A stretch of 62,964 bases of DNA, counting the filler, from Bigelowiella natans CCMP2755 (lineage: Eukaryota; Protista; Cercozoa), in the NCBI GenBank assembly GCA_000320545.1. It is 6 parts of 6 records of this genome, joined end to end, with 100 filler letters (N's around TTAATTAATTAA, not from the genome) between each part and the next. Parts side by side here need not be neighbours in the genome. Positions count along the whole stretch, not along the records: positions 37,513 to 58,869 come from ADNK01002123.1; positions 58,970 to 62,964 come from ADNK01001291.1; 4 more parts are not named here. The stretch is one strand, 5' to 3'. The stretch's first letter is position 1. Each line of letters begins with the position of its first letter. Below are positions 52,478-62,964 of this stretch, one piece after another. The notes under the pieces are model-generated. The model did no database searches. It saw only the letters and a program-made list of their open reading frames with translations, and was not told where the DNA came from. The position numbers and the translations under genes are program-made.

Positions 52478-54196
52478 TATCAGTTTGCTCAAGTTGTCGG
52501 TCGGAAACGATTCGTGATTGTAGCTCCGTCTTTGATGCCCTTCTGCTGCCTGTACCCCTATAATCATCCGGCCAAGGTGTGGTTTGCCTTATGCTACGAT
52601 CGTCGTCATTTCTATCACACTTTTCGGTATTTGTTAGGGGGGGGGGGGAGAAGAAGAAGAAGAAGAAGAAGAAGAAGAAGAAGGGACCATACATGTTATT
52701 GCCATCAGTCTTTGAGAAATGGCTAGATTACATTTCTTCATTTGTTCGGTGTCCTTGAATGCCAAGCTCGACTTTCAAACGATGTCTCGGTTTCCAAATC
52801 GCTAGCCCTCCCTCTTTTCCTCCCCCGCCTCTCCTCCCCCCTCTCTCCCTTTCGATATGCGTTGGTTCATCATCAGTGCATAAATGCTACTCCTCCACCT
52901 TTTCCGCCATCACCTCCCCCCCTCCCCCCTTCATGCTGATGCGTAGCGGCAGAGTGCAATGAACGCAGCGGATCGCCTCAACCTCACGCATTCTTTCATA
53001 TTCCGAAGCCAAATGCAGAAGAAGAGTTCTATCGAAAACCCGTCCCCACACCCACGCTGCCCCCCCCTCGACATAGCTGAGCTGCGACAGCAACTAGCCC
53101 AGAGCGGAGAGGGGGGCTTGATATGGGAGGTGATATTGCAGCCAGGGGATGTCTTAGCCCTTCCTGCTGGCTTTGGCCACTACGTGGAGTCTCTTGACGG
53201 AACTTTGTCGTTTAACGTTTGGATCGATGATCAGAGCCGCGAAGTAGTAGCTCAGGTATGGATATGATGAATATATGTACGTGCTTATCATTAGATGAGC
53301 TGTTTGATATACTATCCCCGTCCTCCTCCTCCCCCCCCCCCCCCCCCCCCCTTCTCCTTTTTGTATTCCTTGTCTTCTTATCCTCATTCTCTTCTACTTC
53401 GCGGTCTTTCTCTCAGGCGTTCTCACTCCTTTCCCAAGCTACGATCGCAGCTTTAAAAGCAGGTGCGGGGGGCACTCCCGCTGTGTATCTCCCAAGGAGT
53501 AGCACTTCTTATTCCACGCCCCTATTCGCAACCGATGTCTAAATGATGCCGCATTTGCCTCTCTCTTCCTCCCCCAAGTTCCTAGGAGCGCGGTAGAGCT
53601 CACACTGGCGAGCGTACGAATGTGGCTCACGATCATATGGGGGGGGGGGGCGAGCACTCTCACTTCTTCCTCAGCATCGCCCTCATCCTCATCCTCCTCC
53701 TCCCCGTACATCACGAGCATCATCAGCCAAGGGTACCGCCAGCGCTACCACCCCCATCTTCTCGCAGAAGAATCAATTCGGGCAAATGGAGATCAGAACG
53801 AGCAGAAGGGTGCTGACGATGGAGGGTTCCATGAAATGCCACGGGCAATGGGCTGCTCCGGCGTCCTTAACGAAGTCGTAGCTAGCTAAACAGACACCAC
53901 ATTCCGAAGTGTTTCCCCATCACAAAACTTTCACGGGGTATACTAATTAGTCGCATGCTATATGTTTGTCACCGAATTATTGTCAGGATTTCAAAAGCAA
54001 GATCGGGGGATTTGTGTCGAAATCTGCGCGTTTGATGACGCAAGGGTTCCCTTCGCACTCCGCTCGGCATCTAGAGACTCTGAACATCTTGGACCGCATG
54101 CTTCTCATGGTCTGCAAGCTGAGGAGGCTGAAGTGCGACAACGTCGCAACCTTAGCTTCACTGTATCTGTCGTTCCTTCCATGCGAGAATGACTGA
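50685..54196 (+). CDS. JmjC/cupin-8 2-oxoglutarate-Fe(II) hydroxylase with an N-terminal TM or signal anchor
   Basis: Exons read ERIWLHSAGATAQLHIDYQHNL|FAQVVGRKRFVIVAP..LYPYNHP|..EVILQPGDVLALPAGFGHYVESLDGTLSFNVW, giving the HxD...H triad. The N-terminus contains ILFVIAVVLSTLLLLV. The 3' end is approximate. Confidence 0.82.
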
Positions 54197-54940
54197 AAGT
54201 AGACGACCTCAATTCGAAAAGCACGAAAAGGATGGTAGGGAGGAACATGAATGAAGAAAAATTATATAGCCGTACGAAACGCACCGAGACTGCAAATCCC
54301 ACACATCCAGACATGCCCAGCAAATCGACCCTATGGTTCCGCGCTTCGATCTAATTTTAGTATTCTACTTATTATTCTGTCGCTATTCACTTTTGTTATT
54401 TCACAACGTTTTGCTCGGCTCGGATGTGCGTGCGTGTTGACGATCTTGTCTAGCGATGCAGCATTATGATTCGGCTATTCGTCGCGTCTATATGTAATTA
54501 ACTATCTTTAAACGTATTTTTTTCTTATGCATTTATTTAGCATTATGAGCATGATGTTTACAGATGCTACAATGACCAGAGTCAGCATGAGACGATAATT
54601 GCATGGCTGATAGCTCGCACGAAACATTCGCTATGCTCGGTGTGTGCGTACGTCTAAACTAGTAAATATAAGCACCATTACCCGCTATAAGTCTGACATG
54701 CATGGATGCACCGCATCAGTAGGTAATGCGTACACGTGCGTCTACTGGCTAATAAGTTCTAAGTGTGTGCATTGCCATACGTGTATGCATATGAAGGCTG
54801 CAGCAGTAGTTGCATAGCCTCCAAAAGCGTCATTTTGCGCCGCACACGTGGATATTACGAATCTATGATCATCGTTCCTTTGCTATATGTTTTGCGGCTT
54901 TGTTGTACGTACATCCCTAGTCATATCGGATAACAACGGC

Positions 54941-55235
54941 TCAGGAGCTTGTTTTTGCAGATGAAGTGGCGGGAGTGTAATAGTGCACCCGGTCATGGGC
55001 AATAAGGAACTCTGCAGGCTTGACGTTGAAACGGATGCCAATAGGTCCGAGATCGCAGTCAGAGCACGCAAGATATCTGTATGTAGCAGCAGCAGCACAG
55101 CGCACCGTTACTTTGACAAGTTGAACACAGAGGGTGATGAGGGCATGATGGCAAGGAATCATTCAAAAAGAGAAAAGTAATTGCACGAATTAAGTATACT
55201 GAGTACACTTAAATGCACACACACACACACACACG

Positions 55236-55276
<41 letters not shown>

Positions 55277-55855
55277 CTTTATCCAACATGTTTATATTCT
55301 TTATCTAACAAGCTGCCAAAGAAGCGTCCCCTCATAATTTCATCGACGAAAATAGAGACGAAAAATAAGAGCAAAACTACCTGAAATCGGCAGAATTTCC
55401 AGTCGGTTTCGAAACGGCGATATTCTCGAACTGAAACTGATCAGAAACAAGCCAGAACCTGTGCGAGCAAGGCAATGTTACACACGGTTTTTGATAAGTA
55501 CGCTGTGCCGATGTTATTGTCTTCCTTTGGGAAGAACGTCAAGGCAATAGACTCCGCTGCGCTGTGGTCACCTCCACAACGGGGAAAATCGAAAAGGAAA
55601 TTCTTCGAGACAATCACTGAGACAATTTTAGAGAAAATAACACAAAAATACGTGTCTGTGGGATGTGCCCCTTGACTGACTGACTGACTTTGTGAGCTCT
55701 TCCCCGCTTTGCTTTTGATCCTCTTCGCGAAGGGACATATTGTGCATGAATATCTGGTGGTGGTGGTGCAGAGAGAATCTTAGGGGCGTGCTTAATCTCT
55801 CCCTCTTCTATGCACTGCGAGGCATGGCACTCAGAGGATGGATGCACATGTAATA

Positions 55856-55895
<40 letters not shown>

Positions 55896-56293
55896 ATCAT
55901 GACAACCTCACGTATAGTAAAAATTAAGACATCGTCACCTTTCGATCCTCTATCAGAGTAGCCTTGTTTGGCTTGATGATTTTGCAATTGCATTGCGTGC
56001 ACAAGAGAAATTGCGCGTTCTTCTTCGTCTCCTACACCGGAAAAAAGGCCATTCGTTTATTACCACATCGGGCACATATGACGAAGCAACCGTACTCACC
56101 TCATCAAGTGGGGGATTCTCTAACTTAACCCCTTTGAGCTCCTTTTTCTTCGTCGACTGCGATTTAAGGGCAGCGAGGATGTCGGCCAGGTTCATCGTCG
56201 CGTTCGTTTGCGTGCCATCCTGCGGATCCCAAACACACGCGGTGAGTGAGCATCACACACACTCCTCGCCATCACTCAACGAAAATGATAGTG

Positions 56294-56337
<44 letters not shown>

Positions 56338-56435
56338 TTCCACATAGTTAGTATGAACCACACCGGGTTTTCAACGCGGACAGGGAACCCCCCCCCTCCT
56401 GCTTGGCCTGATGACGTTGGTGCTTGCTCTGCCAT
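54941..56435 (-). CDS. RABIF: Mss4/RABIF/Dss4 Rab chaperone or GEF
   Basis: Exons read KNAQFLLCTQCNCKII..|FQFENIAVSKP..|YLACSDCDLGPIGIRF....EFLIAHDRV: two CxxC zinc motifs plus the FEN and C.DC..GPIG signatures. Confidence 0.85.
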
Positions 56436-56820
56436 GATTTCGGGATTGATCGGCCCGCTGCCAGACTGCTAATTTCTGGCTAAAACGGAGCGGAAAATTC
56501 ACTGAATGATGACGAAAATCATTGTCGCACCCTCGTATTCGGACCGCCTTTGCCCTGCGACAGCTCGAGCTTTCCCGGAAACTTCTAAGAAGCTAGGCCA
56601 TTTTCCCCCGCTGTTTCGCTGGCCGAAGGAGGGTTCAAAATTCGTCGGCGTTGTGGGATCGAGATATTATGGGTATTTTGCCTTGCGACAAGTAAATTTA
56701 TCTTGTCGCATACGAAGAATAACCTCTCATTTCTTACCGAACCAACTAACCGAACACCACGGCTGGAGGAGCAAAAAAATCTTCTCTCACAACCGACATC
56801 CACACCGGCACGAGGGAGCC

Positions 56821-57471
56821 ATGAACACCGTTGCGATGATTGCCAGCATCATGGCGTTGAACTTTCTCCATGGGGGATTTGTGTATCTTACGGCGACCCA
56901 GCTCCTCGGCGCCCCCCCCACGTTTCCAACCACGGCCGAGGCAGTGATGTACGTGCTTCGACAGATTCTGGGGCCCATCCTCGTGACCTTGTGGCTTTCG
57001 TTTGAGTTCAAGGCCGTCTCCCGCCTGTGGTTGGACGATCGATTCGTTGAGAATAAAACCGCGCCGACTCACTGGTCGCGAGTTTTGGACCGCTACCAGC
57101 ACCAGACTTTCGAGCAGTCCGTCGTGACTCTGCTGATGTGCGTTCTTATCACCATTGTCGTCGGCGACTTTGGAGATAGCAGCATCGACGTTCGCCTCCC
57201 GATTGCGTGGGCGATCACGTTCGTGATGATGCGGCCTGTGTATATGGCTGGATACCTGTTCGATCCCTTGGGAACGAGTAGAGCCCTTGGCTTGTTTGCC
57301 GGCGGATTTTGGTCCAACTTCCCAGCGGCGCTATACTGCAGCATTCACTGCGCCTTTGGCGTGGTATCGGTCAAGTTCGCATTCAATCTATACGTCGGCT
57401 TTATTGTTGGGATGAGTATTGTCATAGGGATATTAAACAACACAGTGGGTGCAAAACAGAAGCAGAAATAA
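56821..57471 (+). CDS. MAPEG-superfamily / TMEM79-like multi-pass membrane protein, intronless
   Basis: VLDRYQHQTFEQ..RLPIAWAITFVMMRPVYMAGY..SRALG resembles the MAPEG R..N..EQ and R..Y..GY..R..G pattern, with several hydrophobic helices. The start is probably M at 56821 and not 56506. Confidence 0.68.
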   Translation: MNTVAMIASIMALNFLHGGFVYLTATQLLGAPPTFPTTAEAVMYVLRQILGPILVTLWLSFEFKAVSRLWLDDRFVENKTAPTHWSRVLDRYQHQTFEQSVVTLLMCVLITIVVGDFGDSSIDVRLPIAWAITFVMMRPVYMAGYLFDPLGTSRALGLFAGGFWSNFPAALYCSIHCAFGVVSVKFAFNLYVGFIVGMSIVIGILNNTVGAKQKQK

Positions 57472-58205
57472 CAATGTCTTTTTTATCGGACAAGCATTAT
57501 TGTGCGGTTATGGAGCGAAGTAGCATCCTTTGTTCTCCACGCAAATTTGCACAGATATATTGACAAATTCACTGAGCGTAACTCACATTATATATGTGCA
57601 CATATACCACCACATTCAGATTTAGCAGATGTATGTACACAGCACGCAGCAGCGGCCCCGCTACGTACGGGTAGCCGGGAAGTAAGTACCGCTAGACCAG
57701 TGACGTGCATGTCTATAGATATATGCTGCCCTCTGTGCAGTCTACGGCACCGTATATATAGCAATATAATATATATGCTAGCTATGTTCTGTGCCTAGCG
57801 CGTACTGATCTAAGCCATTGATGAAGGTGCAGGTCTTGCAATATTTTACATTGGTTATCGAAGTAGCTAATGAACAAAGCTGAAAGTTAGGTGACATTCT
57901 TGAAATCTAGCAAATGTGATAAATTGAGTTTTAAATACCCTATTTAGCACATGCACCTACTAAATAAAGTAACTACTACAATTACTACGACGCGCGTGGT
58001 TTGGCGTCATTTTTGGCGCATATTACATAAATCAATGTTATTTGCCTCGCGCTACTGTGGACACTTCGTCTTGAGCGTATAAGTAGCAGATGCACGTGCG
58101 CGTGTCTGACGCTGTCGTCCTTCTCTATTATGGCATCGATCACCAATGGCAGTAGTACATCTTCAACTCCATCGTCGCCAATCATAGCAGAATGAGTTCC
58201 TCCGA

Positions 58206-58690
58206 CTAACCCATCCTTAGTTGCACGCTTACATCCTCCTCCTCCTCCTCCTCCTCCTCCTCCTCCTCGTAGCGATGATTCGGGGACGACGAGGAGCTCT
58301 CCTTCATTACAATTTTCGCACTAAATCTGTCGCAGTCAAGGGCGTACGGAAGCTTTCGTCCATTCGCGGATGAAGACGGTGCTAGGGTCGGCAGATGATG
58401 AAGATTTCGTTTCGCGTCGGCATACTCCCAGAGGGCGGCCATAATCTACATCTAGAGCAGCAGGCCGGGGCACCTGGTTTGGCAATACTCAGGGCAATGT
58501 TTCTCAAGATGATGGAGTATTATCGTTACTTCGCGGCGTCCACACACAACACACACATATGCGCGCGAGCGTGATATATTTATATATGTATATATTGTGT
58601 GTGTGTGTGGGGGGGGGGGGGGGGGGGGGGATCACCCTGAGTATCCGAGAGATGAGTATTGGTGTGTCTGGTGCCGCGGGGTGGGGGGGG
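58206..58690 (-). pseudogene. 3' end of a GHL15-like (hypothetical glycoside hydrolase) gene with an apparent 1-nt frameshift
   Basis: LDVDYGRPLGVCRRET..VFIREWTKASVR continues in a different frame as LDCDRFSAKIVMK. This resembles the C-terminal DYG.PLG.C.E...VF.REW.KA.V.LDC motif I recall from algal GHL15-type proteins. Confidence 0.4.
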
Positions 58691-58869
58691 GGGTGTCGAT
58701 ATATGTCGTTTGCGCGCGCTCTGTGGGAGTGTGCACGCGAGAATTAACAATTCACCCTCAGATAAAATATATACGCCTTCATTATGACGCCCATCATCAT
58801 TGCTATCAATACAAATCTACAACTGGTAACAGACTTCACAAATAAATAATACCACCGATGAAACAGTGG

Positions 58870-58969
58870 NNNNNNNNNNNNNNNNNNNNNNNNNNNNNNN
58901 NNNNNNNNNNNNNTTAATTAATTAANNNNNNNNNNNNNNNNNNNNNNNNNNNNNNNNNNNNNNNNNNNN
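58870..58969. other. Artificial contig linker
   Basis: 44N-TTAATTAATTAA-44N. Confidence 0.97.
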
Positions 58970-59130
58970 GGGTGGGAGGGGGGGGGCGAAAACCTCCAAG
59001 TGAAGTAGCATGATATACCAAGCTTTTTATTTAAAGAAGAAATCGTTGTTGTGAGGACCCCTTGTGCTGGCGGATATATCCCTCGTTTTTCTTCGCATAA
59101 CGATGTTGTAGCTGGTAGTAAGGTCGTTAT

Positions 59131-59174
<44 letters not shown>

Positions 59175-59207
59175 CGCCCTTTGTTGCCCATATTGCGTGT
59201 TTTTAGG

Positions 59208-60391
59208 TGCAAGGATGGGACTTTGAAATTCGCGGTATGGGTGTGGGTGTGTGTGTGTGTGTGTGTGTGTTATGAAGGGAGGATGGGGGGATAATATATA
59301 TTATATCGATTTCCGAATTTTATTTCTCCCCCCCCCCCCCGTTCTCTGAAAGGCTCTTTCCTCGAGATCTACAATGAAGCGGTTCGGGACCTCCTGGTGA
59401 CTGATAGCAATAACCTCGAAATCAAGATCAAGCAGGGAGCTTCCTCGTCTCGCCAGACGTAGTATTTGTAGTAGTTGTCGCAGTGGTAGGAAGTAGGAAG
59501 TATGCTGCATTTTATCAGCGAAGCTAACGATGATGATTGCTCAGCAATTGCGTCATCATTCATCATTCATCACCACCATCATTCACCATTCATCATTCAT
59601 CACCATCATCATCATCAGCTACGTCTCTGGGTTGAAGCTGTTCCAGATCAAAACGCAGGAGGACGTGACCAACATCATGGACACCGCTGCCAAGGTGATG
59701 GTGGTGATAATGATGATGATAATGATGATAATGAAGATGATGGCGCTGTGAGCGACCGCCAACCGAGCTTTCTACGCATACGTGCATGCGTGTGTGATGA
59801 TCCGAACATCGGCTGTCCCACCTACAATCCCTCCCCCCTCCCCAATTGCTGATACGATTCGTTGTTGTGTCTGCTGGGGGTCGGGGGGGGGGGGGATAAT
59901 TGGGATGGTACAGAATCGTTCCGTGGCATCGACGGACATGAATATGCACTCCTCGCGGTCCCACTCAGTATTCACCTTGCATATGAGGGGGGTAAATCGC
60001 AAGCTCAAGATGGAAACCAAGAGCGCTCTGTACCTCTGTGACCTGGCAGGATCAGAAAGAATAAATAAATCCGGTGTAGAGGTCAATACCTCCCTCCCCC
60101 CCCCCCCCCCCCGGCCGAACTGAAACCGTCTCGGGTTCTGGCCCCCTCTCTTTCTTTCTGGTCCTTTTTGTTGAATAACACTTAACCCTCCTTTTTATTG
60201 TTCTTGTTGGGGGTTTGGCCTTTATAATGTTGGCGGGGCTTTTTGGGGCAGGGCGCCCGACTGAAAAAAGCCCTCACCATCAACCCATCGTTGTCAGCGC
60301 TTTCCGATGTGTTCCAAGCGTTGGCAAGGGGCGACAGCCATGTGCCCTTTCGGAACTCAAAGCTCACGTGAGAAGCGTTTGTTTTATATTC

Positions 60392-60462
<71 letters not shown>

Positions 60463-60744
60463 ATATTGCAATATGCGAGAGAAGGGGGGCGGGGGGGGGG
60501 AGAGGCAATTTTGGAGTGCTGACACACATAGACGTAGACAATTCTTGTGGCCATTATGTGACAATGGCGAGAGATGTAGATCTCATTTATACCTCCTATC
60601 TTCTCCTTACCCCGCCCTTTCTTCCGGGTATCTTCTCCGGTGATGCCTTGTGGGTAACTAACAGACCAAAAGGGCAAAGAGTTTGAAAGAGCCTTCTGAA
60701 AAGCATACATAGAGCACACCGAAACGACAACTTCTTTCTCAATC

Positions 60745-60800
<56 letters not shown>

Positions 60801-61086
60801 TTTATATTGGCACGTTCTCACGTATTCTCTCGCCGTTCTGGCCAAATAATACTTAGGCAATGGGAAGACGCTGATGTTTGTAAACCTCTCGCCAAATCCC
60901 ACCAGCACGCAGGAGTCGCTCTGCTCGCTCCGCTTTGCGCAAAAAGTCAATAAGTGCGTGATGGGGCCAGCACAGGTGCTACCAGCTGCCACTGTGTATC
61001 GTATTGCTTCCTGGAGGCTGTGTGCTGCCGTTGTGCATGGAAAGAGCGAGTGGTGACGATGGCGATGATGATAGTGAAAATGAATT

Positions 61087-61120
<34 letters not shown>

Positions 61121-61362
61121 ACTTCTAAATATGCTATTTATAAACACCATATGTCATTAGGCTCAGACATCTCGGTTGAAGGAGTCATCGTCCAACGGCG
61201 GTGCGGCGGGGGGGGGGGGCAATAGTGCCAACTCCCACCTGCATCGACGAAAAGTAGCAGAAAGTCCAGTGGAAAGAGGTGGGGAGCCCCTCCCTTCCCT
61301 TGGTATCTTCCATTCCGACTACATGAAAGAGAAGGGGCAGGGGGGGGGGGTTAGTAGGGTTA

Positions 61363-61402
<40 letters not shown>

Positions 61403-61795
61403 GTAGAACTATAGCGTTGCCGTTGTTACGAAACATCATCATCATCATTGTTATAATCATTGCCATCATCATCATCATCATCATCACCACCACCACCACC
61501 ATCGCCACCATCCTCTCATAATCTCCGCTTTTGCTATACCCCAGCAGCACTCGCTCTCCCAACTCAAAGCGCAATACGACTACCACTCGGCTAGCTCGCC
61601 CACCTCCAGGTCATTGTCTAAGTAGACTTATACTGTACCTCGAGCAATGACAGCTCTTTCTCCCTATTTCTCTATTTCTCTATTTCTCTATTTCTCTTTC
61701 TCTCTCTCTTTCTCTCCCCCCCATTCCCTCCTCCAGGTGCCCCACGTTTCGCTCGTTCTAGCAAGGGTCGTACATCGACTGGGCGCCGCAAGTGA
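59208..61795 (+). CDS. Kinesin motor, kinesin-14 (C-terminal motor) type; 5' end truncated
   Basis: [34 protein letters not shown] (switch I), LCDLAGSER (switch II), [10 protein letters not shown] and [23 protein letters not shown], followed by a short basic tail. Confidence 0.9.
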
Positions 61796-61989
61796 TGGAT
61801 GATGATCTATAATGCTCTTCCAGAAAGCACGGGGCAGGGAGGGAGGGGGGGGGGGGGGGGGGGTGCAGATATCTCTGCTGATTACTTTCCTACCACATCG
61901 ACCATTGCTGTGAGTTGATATGGCGTAATAATGATGACATGGAGGAGAAGAAGAAGAAGAAGAAGAAGAAGAAGAAGAAGAAAGCTATA

Positions 61990-62620
61990 CACATGTGTCT
62001 AGATCATTGAGCATTTGCTTGTTCTGCTAGCGGCCGGCAGCCATCATCATCATGCTATACTAGCATGCATTTCAATCGTTGGCGGTTGGGGACATCTCGA
62101 TCATGTTGATCATGATTAATGGCAAAAGCATTGTCTTGCCATCAATCTTCTCTCAAAACCTGCACCTTTCTTTTTCGTGTCGTGAATTTATGCAACATTT
62201 GTGTGTTACATGTGTGCGCAATGACAACGAAATTGTCACAGCTAGACAGCAACCACCAATGGCAAGGTGTGTAGACACACCCACGCGCAAAGGGTGCTGC
62301 CTAGCTGCTGCACATCATGCTACTACAATGTTGCGCACTCATCATGTTGCATTGTGCGTGTCTAGATGTGCTGTGCTGACATGAGTAGCGATTTGCTAAA
62401 TTAATGAGATGCAGTGGAAATGTGGGAAGCGATGTGGCGATGGCTAGATGGCGGGCGCAGGCGGTAAGCGGTGCTGATTAGCAGCGACACGGTACGCTAC
62501 GATGGCAGCGTCCAGATCGACATCGACGCTTGCTAGCTTGTGCATTGCCTAATTACTTTGTTTGCATGCATGCATAGATGCTGCAGCTTGAATGAGCGGC
62601 ACACGACCAAGGCGATCTTC
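61990..62620. repeat. TpA-depleted, CTAG-retaining degenerate intergenic repeat
   Basis: Rich in gctag/catg/tgca; the spurious ORF 62079-62384 has no Tyr. Confidence 0.55.
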
Positions 62621-62892
62621 CAAGAGCAAACACGTGTTGTAATGTCCCCCTACTAGCAGGGGGTCGTGTTATCTTTTCACATCTTGATGGAATCCCATAG
62701 TCGATTCACTTCGAAATAGTCTCTGCAGCCAGCAAAAACCAGCGACGAGGCTGAGAGCCTGACTCTCCCCACCACCTGCATATTACGTATATGGTAACCG
62801 TAGCATATATATTGAGGAACAAACACACACGGGTACTGCATTATTGTCTATTTATTGCTCAATGCGCCTGAAATCGAAGCTCCTAAATGTGA

Positions 62893-62931
<39 letters not shown>

Positions 62932-62964
62932 CGCGCGCCGCTCTCAAATCGCGCTTGAGGCTTC

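Noticed and set aside
56506-56820. 105-aa N-terminal extension of the MAPEG-like ORF
   Set aside because: It overlaps the presumed divergent promoter with Mss4 and has no protein-like features; M at 56821 is the more plausible start.

Overview
Eukaryotic (protist) nuclear DNA, rich in introns and microsatellites. It is built from six contigs joined by artificial 100-nt spacers (44 N + TTAATTAATTAA + 44 N). One contig ends in a (TTAGGG)n telomere, so the window is a concatenated pseudomolecule and not one locus. A signal-peptide plus transit-peptide-like leader and TTAGGG telomeres are consistent with an alga with a complex plastid, such as a chlorarachniophyte (inference). Genes reconstructed by hand from spliced exons: THOC2, FRA10AC1, an EEF1AKMT4/METTL13-like methyltransferase, a ZZ-finger/EF-hand protein, a CIP2A-like coiled-coil protein, a bacterial-type DegT/DnrJ aminotransferase, a PlsC acyltransferase, an M16A insulinase, intronless PRP6, a secreted orphan, a GcvH-like protein lacking the lipoyl lysine, an aquaglyceroporin, OST4, RPL31, a JmjC hydroxylase, Mss4/RABIF, a MAPEG/TMEM79-like protein, a GHL15-like fragment and kinesin-14. 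The strongest unexplained signal is in intergenic, repeat-like blocks. They have lost almost all TpA, except mainly in CTA/TAG contexts, while keeping CpG and gaining CpA/TpG. This looks like a repeat-targeted AT-to-GC hypermutation, the reverse of fungal RIP. Family assignments come from motifs I recognise by eye and exon boundaries are approximate; no database searches were run.
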